The notes under the pieces were generated by a model. The model searched no databases and was not told where the DNA came from. It was given only the letters and a program-made list of their open reading frames with translations. DNA of 32,801 nt from positions 1 through 32,801 of the IMG/VR virus record IMGVR_UViG_3300048630_000023; one strand, written 5' to 3'. The first letter of the stretch is position 1. Every line of letters starts with the position of its first letter. The stretch comes from a virus. Lineage: Duplodnaviria; Caudoviricetes. Positions 19,151 through 26,354 of this stretch are shown here, one piece after another. The translations under genes were made by a program, and so were the position numbers.

Positions 19151-19172
19151 AACTTTAAACCCCAACAGCACT

Positions 19173-19201
19173 ATAATAACATAAAATTGGTGTATTGTCA
19201 A
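19173..19201 (-). promoter_or_regulatory. Leftward sigma70-type promoter (antisense to uvsW block)
   Basis: Minus strand reads TTGACA-ATACACCAATTTTATGT(17)-TATTAT, with a TGn extended -10. Confidence 0.55.
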
Positions 19202-19243
19202 GCTTACTTAATCTGACTTGACAATACACCAATATTGGTGTAT
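19186..19243. repeat. 17-bp perfect inverted repeat plus overlapping 20-bp palindrome
   Basis: ATTGGTGTATTGTCAAG (19186-19202) / CTTGACAATACACCAAT (19217-19233) with a 14-nt loop; ATACACCAATATTGGTGTAT (19224-19243) is self-complementary. Confidence 0.95.
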
Positions 19244-19246
19244 AAT
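19218..19246 (+). promoter_or_regulatory. Consensus sigma70 promoter for the gp55-47-46 operon
   Basis: TTGACA-N17-TATAAT exact, 35 nt upstream of the gp55 ATG. Confidence 0.9.
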
Positions 19247-19281
19247 ATATAATATGTGTATTTTAATTATGGAGAATATAA

Positions 19282-19986
19282 ATGAAGAAAGGGTATGTTA
19301 AAAAAACCCAACATTATGTTGATAATTCTGAATTTTTAAAACAGATGATAATTTATAGGACATCATATGTTAATTATAAGTCTTATTTAGATACGGTTGG
19401 TAATAGTTATTCATGGTATGTTATTGATTGTGGTGTTAATATATATATATTAGAAAATCTTATCTTACCAACATCCCGACAGAGTTATCATTTATATAGA
19501 GTTTCACCTAAAGTATCATCATATATATGTGAATGTATAATGAAAATATCTGAGGGTTTATCGTATAGACCTAATTTTATAAATTATACTTATAGAGATG
19601 ATATGGTTAGTGATGGTATTGAAAATTGTTTATTATATATTAATAATTTTAATCCAGATAAGTCAGCTAATCCGTTTTCATATTTCACACAGATAATATA
19701 TTTTGCATTTATTAGAAGAATTCAGAAAGAAAAGAAACAATTATATATTAAATATAAGTCTATATATACGTCTAATGCATTAGAGACTGAAGGAGTGGAT
19801 GTTAATGATGTTACTACTGTTAAAGATTCTTATTTAAATTATATTAGGGATAATAGAAGTAATATTGATAAATTTTTATATGAATTTGAGAAATTCCAGG
19901 AAGATAAACGTATATCACGTAATAGTGTTAAATCTGTAAAATCTAATAAAATTGAGAAACATAATGAAAATCGCATTGATAACTGA
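19282..19986 (+). CDS. gp55: Late transcription sigma factor gp55
   Basis: HYVDN.EF, Y..EC..KI..GLS.RPNF.NY.YRDDM.SDGIENC..Y..NF.P.KS.NPF.YFTQIIY.AF.RRI.KEKKQ. Confidence 0.95.
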   Translation: MKKGYVKKTQHYVDNSEFLKQMIIYRTSYVNYKSYLDTVGNSYSWYVIDCGVNIYILENLILPTSRQSYHLYRVSPKVSSYICECIMKISEGLSYRPNFINYTYRDDMVSDGIENCLLYINNFNPDKSANPFSYFTQIIYFAFIRRIQKEKKQLYIKYKSIYTSNALETEGVDVNDVTTVKDSYLNYIRDNRSNIDKFLYEFEKFQEDKRISRNSVKSVKSNKIEKHNENRIDN

Positions 19987-21007
19987 TACACATTGGGGAG
20001 CCAGGAACGATTCTTTATTATTTTATGATTATATGATGAAATTTTATGATAATATATTTTTTAAAGAATTAAAGGATAGGCATATTGATACGGTTATTCA
20101 TTTAGGTGATGTGGTAGATCGTAGGAAATTTATAAATTTTAATATATTGCATAAATTTAAGAATGGTTTTCTTAAAAAGATTTATGATAATGAAATTGAC
20201 ATGCACATTATCATAGGTAATCATGATACTTATTTTAAGAATTCTAATAAAGTTAATGCTATGGATTCTCTGATAGATACTAATAATTTGTTATCCCCTA
20301 AGATTTATTCTTCTATTGAAACAGTTGAGTTTGATGGTGTTGATATATGTATGTGTCCATGGATAAATGATGATAATTATAATGAAGTGGATAATCATAT
20401 ATCTGGTACTAATGCTGATATTTTAATGGGACATTTAGAGATAGCTGGGTTTATGATGAATGGTGGTGTTAAATGTATGGATGGTGTTGATAAATCTAAG
20501 TTTAATAAATTTGATATAGTATATAGTGGACATTTCCATCATAAATCGACTGATGGAAATATTACATATTTGGGCAATCCTTATGAGTTAACGTGGTCAG
20601 ATTATAAAGATAACCGTGGATTTCATATATTTGATACAGAGACACGTGAGTTGGAATTTATACAGAATACTTATACTATGTTTGAGAAGATTGAATATTA
20701 TGATGATATGGATATTGACTATTCTTTATATACAGATAAATTTGTTAAGGTTATTGTTCGTGAAAAGTTAGATATATATAAGTTTGATTTATTTATTGAT
20801 ATGTTGTATAAAAATAATGTAGCTGATGTTGATATTATAGATGATATTGAAATTGAAGATAGATTAAACGAAAATGTATTATCACTAGAAGATGATACTA
20901 TATCATTATTATCAAAATATATAGATGGATATGATGTTAATGTAGATAAATCTAGACTGAAGGTTATATTGAATGATGTATATATGGATGTTCTTAGAGA
21001 GATGTAG
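19964..21007 (+). CDS. gp47: Recombination endonuclease gp47 (Mre11/SbcD-like)
   Basis: MKIALITDTHWG, HLGD..DRR, GNHD, GHLE and SGHFH metallophosphoesterase motifs; ATG at 19964 chosen. Confidence 0.95.
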   Translation: MKIALITDTHWGARNDSLLFYDYMMKFYDNIFFKELKDRHIDTVIHLGDVVDRRKFINFNILHKFKNGFLKKIYDNEIDMHIIIGNHDTYFKNSNKVNAMDSLIDTNNLLSPKIYSSIETVEFDGVDICMCPWINDDNYNEVDNHISGTNADILMGHLEIAGFMMNGGVKCMDGVDKSKFNKFDIVYSGHFHHKSTDGNITYLGNPYELTWSDYKDNRGFHIFDTETRELEFIQNTYTMFEKIEYYDDMDIDYSLYTDKFVKVIVREKLDIYKFDLFIDMLYKNNVADVDIIDDIEIEDRLNENVLSLEDDTISLLSKYIDGYDVNVDKSRLKVILNDVYMDVLREM

Positions 21008-21010
21008 TAT

Positions 21011-22720
21011 ATGATTATATTTGAAAGAATTAGATGGAAGAATTTTTTGTCTACTGGCGATAGGTTTACGGAGGTTGAGTTAAATGTTAATCATTCCACA
21101 TTAATAGTTGGAGATAATGGTTCTGGTAAATCTACTATATTGGATGCACTTACTTTTGGATTGTTTGGTAAATCATTTAGGAAGATTAATAAGCCACAAT
21201 TAGTTAATTCTGTTAATAATAAGGATTGTGTAATTGAGATAGAGTTTACAATAGGAGATAATGAATATAAGGTAATTCGTTCAATTAAACCTAATAATTT
21301 TAGGTTATATATAAATGATGTTTTATTAGATCAGGATTCTAAGATTAAAGATTCTCAAAAATATCTAGAATGTAATATATTAAAATTGAATTATAAATCA
21401 TTTACACAAACTGTTTTATTAGGGTCTGCTACTTTTATACCTTTTATGCAATTGAATATGTCAGATAGACGTGATATAATTGAAGATATTCTTGATATTA
21501 AGATATTTTCTATTATGAATGAGAATATTAAGGTTAAAAATTCTGAGTGTAGGTTGGATTTATTGGATGTGTCCTCTAGAATAGATTTATTAGAACAAAA
21601 AATATTATTACAAGAAGGATATATTAAGGATACTGAACGTAATACTGATGATATTATTAAACGAAATGATAATAAGATATTAACGTATAGATTAAATATT
21701 AAAGAATATGTTGATAAGATTAAAGAAACCAAAATTAAAATTGTTAATATATCTAATGATGTTTTGGATATCTCAGGATTGAAGTCTCGTAAGATTGCTA
21801 TTGATAAGATACGGTATAAACTTGAGAATACAGTACGTTCTAAAATTGATATGATAGAATGGTTTCATAATAATGATGATTGTCCATCATGTAAACAAAA
21901 TATAGGTATTGAGTATAAAGAGTTTATGGTTAGTGATTGTGATATTAAGGTTGATAAAATTAATTCATCATTAAATGAAGTTGTTTTAGAATGTGAGAGG
22001 ATAAGTAATAATATAGAAAGTGTTTTGTTAGTTGAAGGTGAAATAACAGAATATAAATCTATTATTACAGAGTGTAATTGGAACGTTGATCATATTAATA
22101 ATAATATAACAATAATTCAAAACGAAACCGAAACAATGCAAAATGATAATACTTCAATAAATGGGTTATATGATGATCTTGAATCATATACTCATGAATA
22201 TGATGATTATGTAGAACGAAAGCGAGATTTATTGGAAGATAGACATTATTATGATATTGTGTCTAGGATATTAAATGAAGATGGTGTTAAGAATTCAATA
22301 ATAAGATATTATTTACCTCTTATTAATAAATATATTAATAAGTATCTTAGGGAAATGAATTTTTACGTTAATTTCCAATTGGATGAGAAGTTTAATGAAA
22401 CTATAAATTCAAGGAATCGTGATAAGTTTACATATAGTTCATTTTCTGAAGGTGAACGAATGCGAATTGATTTGGCTTTATTATTTACGTGGAGGGATAT
22501 TGCAAGGATGAAGAATTCAGTAAACACTAATTTATTAATATTAGATGAAGTATTTGATTCTAGTTTAGATTTTAATGGTACTGAAGATTTTTTGAGATTG
22601 ATTGGTTTTTTTGTAGATCATAATATATTTATTATATCACATAAGGGGGATATATTATATGATAAGTTTAAGAATATAATATTATATAAAAAGGTTGGTA
22701 ATTTTAGTATTATTCAATAA
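21011..22720 (+). CDS. gp46: Recombination ATPase gp46 (Rad50/SbcC-like)
   Basis: WKNFLSTG, Walker A GDNGSGKST, Zn-hook CPSC, signature FSEGE, Walker B LILDEVFD, H-loop ISH. Confidence 0.96.
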   Translation: MIIFERIRWKNFLSTGDRFTEVELNVNHSTLIVGDNGSGKSTILDALTFGLFGKSFRKINKPQLVNSVNNKDCVIEIEFTIGDNEYKVIRSIKPNNFRLYINDVLLDQDSKIKDSQKYLECNILKLNYKSFTQTVLLGSATFIPFMQLNMSDRRDIIEDILDIKIFSIMNENIKVKNSECRLDLLDVSSRIDLLEQKILLQEGYIKDTERNTDDIIKRNDNKILTYRLNIKEYVDKIKETKIKIVNISNDVLDISGLKSRKIAIDKIRYKLENTVRSKIDMIEWFHNNDDCPSCKQNIGIEYKEFMVSDCDIKVDKINSSLNEVVLECERISNNIESVLLVEGEITEYKSIITECNWNVDHINNNITIIQNETETMQNDNTSINGLYDDLESYTHEYDDYVERKRDLLEDRHYYDIVSRILNEDGVKNSIIRYYLPLINKYINKYLREMNFYVNFQLDEKFNETINSRNRDKFTYSSFSEGERMRIDLALLFTWRDIARMKNSVNTNLLILDEVFDSSLDFNGTEDFLRLIGFFVDHNIFIISHKGDILYDKFKNIILYKKVGNFSIIQ

Positions 22721-22723
22721 CAT

Positions 22724-22752
22724 TTGACAATTGGGTGATTATCTGTTATAAT
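22724..22752 (+). promoter_or_regulatory. Consensus sigma70 promoter with extended -10 for the gp45-44-62-regA block
   Basis: TTGACA-N17-TATAAT exact, with TGn before the -10, in the gap after gp46. Confidence 0.9.
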
Positions 22753-22787
22753 GGTATTGATTGAATGATAATTGAGGATATAAAGTA

Positions 22788-23009
22788 ATGTCTATGACAA
22801 ATATGATGAAACGGAAACAATTGAAGAAGATAAGAAGAACGAAACTTATCACGAAAAAAGATAATATTGAAAAGATGATGGTAGGGATGAAAAGAAAACC
22901 CGATATGGACATTAGAGAAAGAAGAGAGGAACAAATTCGACGAGATCTGGTGAAAGGTTTTAGATCAAGATCAGAGGGTTATAACGATGAACAGGAGAGT
23001 ACAACATGA
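22788..23009 (+). CDS. Small basic hypothetical protein
   Basis: GAGG SD, first ORF after a strong promoter, ATGA overlap with gp45. Confidence 0.65.
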   Translation: MSMTNMMKRKQLKKIRRTKLITKKDNIEKMMVGMKRKPDMDIRERREEQIRRDLVKGFRSRSEGYNDEQESTT

Positions 23010-23704
23010 TAATTAGTGAGAAAACACAACAAATTTTAAGAAATTTTGCATTAGTAAACCCATCAATTTTATTGAATATGGGTAGTCGGTTGTCGTCTAT
23101 GTCTATTATGAGAAATGTTTTAGTATCAGCTGATGTTGAAGAAGTATTTCCTAATAAGATAGGCATATATGATTTACCTAGATTTTTATCTAATTTACAG
23201 ATATATCCTAATTTAGAATTTATGGAAAACTGCATAATGATGTCAAATGATGACAGAACTTATGAGTTTAGAGCTTCGGATGAAACTGTAATTGTTCACC
23301 CTAAAAAAACATTTAAGATGGATGGTTCTGATCATAACCCCGACAATAGTAAGGATTTCCCAGATGTTGATTTTTCAGTTGTTTTGTCTGATGATTGTTT
23401 GCAACGAATTAAGAAAGTATCTTACATTAATTCGTTGCCAGATTATGCATTAATGACGGATAATGGTATTATTTATTTCGTGGCAATAGATAAAAAGAGT
23501 GATTTATCGGATATTGCTAGAGAACCAGTTGGTAAATCTGATGATGATTTCAAGATATATTTTAAGTCTGAGAATCTTAAGTTATATGATGGTGCATATG
23601 AGATTGATGTTTCTGGTGGTAAATTAGCAACATTTAAACATCAAAGTGAATCAATTCAATATTGGGTGTCATTGGAGTCTGATTCTTATTATAAGTCTGT
23701 GTGA
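23006..23704 (+). CDS. gp45: DNA polymerase sliding clamp gp45
   Basis: S..T..IL.NF..VN.SI, A.V.E.FP..IGIYDL..FL, FK.ENLK...G.Y, YWV.LE.DS. Confidence 0.92.
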   Translation: MIISEKTQQILRNFALVNPSILLNMGSRLSSMSIMRNVLVSADVEEVFPNKIGIYDLPRFLSNLQIYPNLEFMENCIMMSNDDRTYEFRASDETVIVHPKKTFKMDGSDHNPDNSKDFPDVDFSVVLSDDCLQRIKKVSYINSLPDYALMTDNGIIYFVAIDKKSDLSDIAREPVGKSDDDFKIYFKSENLKLYDGAYEIDVSGGKLATFKHQSESIQYWVSLESDSYYKSV

Positions 23705-23732
23705 TTAATGTATATATTATGGAGTTTTTATT

Positions 23733-24662
23733 ATGAGTAATAATTTTTTATGGGTAGAAAAATATAGACCTAAAACTATTAAGGATTGTATATTACCTGA
23801 TGGTATAGGTAAAACCTTTAGTTCTATAGTGGAAACTGGTGTTATGCCTAATTTGTTATTATCAGGTGGACCGGGTGTTGGTAAAACTACAGTTGCAAAG
23901 GCTTTGTGTGAAGAATTAAACTATGATTATCTTTTTGTGAATGGCACCGAAGATAATGGTATAGATGGAATACGTACCACGTTGAGACAATATGCATCAT
24001 CAGTATCTTTGGATGGAAAAGATAAAGTTATTATTATTGATGAGGCTGATTATTTATCTCATATGGCACAACCAGCTTTACGTGGATTTATTGAAGAATT
24101 TTCACATAATTGTAGGTTTATTTTTACATGTAATTTTAAGAATAAAATAATAAAACCACTACATAGTAGGTGTAGTGTTGTTGACTTTAATATAGATAAT
24201 AAAGAAAAGTCTAAATTAGCTTCTAAATTTTATAATAGATTGTGTTATATTTTAAAGGAGGAAGGAGTTGAATATGAATCTGATGTTGTTAGATCATTAT
24301 TAGTAGATCATTTTCCAGATTGGCGTAGGTGTATTAATGAATTACAGTCATATTCTAGTAATGGTGTGATTGATGTTGGTATATTATCCGATATGACTGA
24401 TATTAAAGATTTATGCGTTTCATTAAAAAATAAAAAGTTTAGTGAAATGAGAAAGTGGGTAGTATCTAATTTAGATAATGACGTTAATTCTATATTTAGG
24501 TTGATATATGATGGGTTATATCAGTATGTTGAGAGTAGGTCAATCCCACAGGCTGTTATTATTCTTGGTGAGTATCAGTATAAATCATATTTTGTTGCAA
24601 ACGATGAGATTAATTTAGTTGCGTGTTTGACGGAATTAATGGTTGAATGTGAGTGGAAATGA
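23733..24662 (+). CDS. gp44: Clamp loader large subunit gp44
   Basis: FLWVEKYRP, GGPGVGKTT, IIDEAD, Q.ALR.FIEEF, PLHSRC, HFPDWRR..NELQ. Confidence 0.96.
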   Translation: MSNNFLWVEKYRPKTIKDCILPDGIGKTFSSIVETGVMPNLLLSGGPGVGKTTVAKALCEELNYDYLFVNGTEDNGIDGIRTTLRQYASSVSLDGKDKVIIIDEADYLSHMAQPALRGFIEEFSHNCRFIFTCNFKNKIIKPLHSRCSVVDFNIDNKEKSKLASKFYNRLCYILKEEGVEYESDVVRSLLVDHFPDWRRCINELQSYSSNGVIDVGILSDMTDIKDLCVSLKNKKFSEMRKWVVSNLDNDVNSIFRLIYDGLYQYVESRSIPQAVIILGEYQYKSYFVANDEINLVACLTELMVECEWK

Positions 24663-24663
24663 T

Positions 24664-25050
24664 ATGAGTTATGACCTTTTTAAAGATTATGTTAATTCCA
24701 TATCATATACGAAGGAGAAGTTATTAGATTCTGATGATGAAAATTGGACAACTAATTATAGTCCATATATGATATGTAAAGTGTTTTCTATGTATAAGGA
24801 TACTATTTTATATTCAAATGAAATGAATATGTTACATCACTTAGATAATAAATTACAGTTTGATTATTTACTAAATATAATACGACCAAGTAAGCGATAC
24901 GCTACTTGGCCAAAGAAGAAGAAACATAGGGATTTTGACTTTGTTAAGGAGTATTATAATTATAGTAATAAAAAAACTGAAGTTGTAATTGATATCTTGA
25001 TGGAGTGTCAAATTGAAGATATTAAAAATATTATGTATAAGGGTGATTGA
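24664..25050 (+). CDS. gp62: Clamp loader small subunit gp62
   Basis: DY.NSI...K, Y.PY, DT.L..NEMN, LD.KLQFD, VKEYY.YS..K; ATG at 24664 chosen. Confidence 0.9.
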   Translation: MSYDLFKDYVNSISYTKEKLLDSDDENWTTNYSPYMICKVFSMYKDTILYSNEMNMLHHLDNKLQFDYLLNIIRPSKRYATWPKKKKHRDFDFVKEYYNYSNKKTEVVIDILMECQIEDIKNIMYKGD

Positions 25051-25067
25051 CATGGGAGTTTATGGAG

Positions 25068-25460
25068 ATGATGGATGTCGTAGATAGATTAGTTGAAGTA
25101 GAATTACAAGATGAAGATGATTTTCTTAGGGTTATTGAAACATTAACACGTATAGGAGTTTCTTCTAAACGTGAGAAGAAGTTGTTTCAATCTTGTCATA
25201 TATTACACAAGAAGAATAAGTATTATATTGTACATTTCAAGGAGTTGTTTTTATTAGATGGTAAAATGTCAGATTTTTCTGCCAATGATAGGGCTAGAAG
25301 AAATAAGATTGTTGCGTTACTTGATGAATGGGGGTTGATTACGGTTGTTAGACCTGATGAATTTGAAATTGCTCCAATATCACAGATAAAGGTAATACCA
25401 TATAAAGAGAAAGAGGATTGGGAGTTGATCCCGAAATATAACATAGGTAAACGTAAATAA
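25068..25460 (+). CDS. regA: Translational repressor RegA
   Basis: DDFL.V.ETLTRIGV.S, L.QSCHILHK...YYIVHFKELF.LDGK, RRN.I..LL..WGL, W.L.PKYNIG. Start uncertain (25062, 25068 or 25071). Confidence 0.95.
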   Translation: MMDVVDRLVEVELQDEDDFLRVIETLTRIGVSSKREKKLFQSCHILHKKNKYYIVHFKELFLLDGKMSDFSANDRARRNKIVALLDEWGLITVVRPDEFEIAPISQIKVIPYKEKEDWELIPKYNIGKRK

Positions 25461-25461
25461 T

Positions 25462-25734
25462 ATGGATACTTATGAACAATTGCAACGATTGATTGATGAG
25501 TATAAGATAGAAAATGATAAATTTTTAAAAAATAATTATTCCGCGTCTAAAAGATCACGTCGTTGCTTATTGGATATTGTTCGTGTATGTTCAATACGGA
25601 GAGATGAAATATTAGAAGAAAGAGAGTGGATTGTTTCTACATATGGTGAAGGTGATTATGTGGGTGAACACGCCAGAAGAATGGCAAGAAAATATGGACT
25701 TAAAGTTGGTGAGTCTTATGATTGGGAAGATTGA
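25462..25734 (+). CDS. Small helical protein resembling the Hc1/'histone H1-like' family
   Basis: Y..EN.KF..N..A..R.R..L..I......RR.EI pattern, recalled from phage and bacterial Hc1-like proteins. Confidence 0.5.
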   Translation: MDTYEQLQRLIDEYKIENDKFLKNNYSASKRSRRCLLDIVRVCSIRRDEILEEREWIVSTYGEGDYVGEHARRMARKYGLKVGESYDWED

Positions 25735-25755
25735 TTTAATTAATGGGAGAGTGTA

Positions 25756-26001
25756 ATGAACTATGTAAATAATTTGTTTATGAGAACTATGATACGTAAG
25801 TATGAGTATGAGAGAGATGAGGCTATAGCACATATTAAAAATTTGTTTGATAATCCAGTTGTACCAGATAGAAATATTGGTGACTCATCCATTACTGAAG
25901 AATTAGATTTATGGTTGCATAAATTGAGTGATTCTGAAAACAAATTAAAAAGTTTGTTAGTGCATTTTGCACAAAAAGACGAAGAAACAAAAAGTGAGTA
26001 G
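25756..26001 (+). CDS. Conserved hypothetical protein
   Basis: GGGAG SD; KYE.....A...I.....NPV..........D.........E.KL pattern seen in small marine phage proteins. Confidence 0.65.
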   Translation: MNYVNNLFMRTMIRKYEYERDEAIAHIKNLFDNPVVPDRNIGDSSITEELDLWLHKLSDSENKLKSLLVHFAQKDEETKSE

Positions 26002-26329
26002 TATTAAAGTTATACGATTGATATCTGGCGAGGAATTAATGGGTGAGGTTAAACTAGAAGATGGTATTTATGAATTAAAGAATGTTTGTCAATTGGCTAC
26101 CTCATATTCTGATCCTACTACCGCAACGGCAAGGATAGGGTTGGCACCATTTATGCCATATACAGATGCGAAAGATTGTATTAATATAAGTGTTGATTTT
26201 GTTGCATTTGTTGTTGATCCTGTGATTGATTTGGTGAATGAATATAATAAAATATTTGGTGCTGGTATAGTAATACCGAGTGCGAATAGACCTATTAAAT
26301 CGGGTAGTTCTGCGTTTGTTAAAATATAG
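25994..26329 (+). CDS. Conserved hypothetical protein (possible Sm-like fold)
   Basis: IKVIRLISGEELMG, LAPFMPY, P..DL.N.Y.K.FG.GI..P; typical small gene before gp43. GTG at 25994 chosen. Confidence 0.7.
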   Translation: MSSIKVIRLISGEELMGEVKLEDGIYELKNVCQLATSYSDPTTATARIGLAPFMPYTDAKDCINISVDFVAFVVDPVIDLVNEYNKIFGAGIVIPSANRPIKSGSSAFVKI

Positions 26330-26354
26330 TTTATAATTTGGAGTTTTTTTTATT

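Noticed and set aside
25047-25052. TTGACA before regA
   Set aside because: No -10 hexamer at 16-18 nt spacing; it coincides with the gp62 stop codon.
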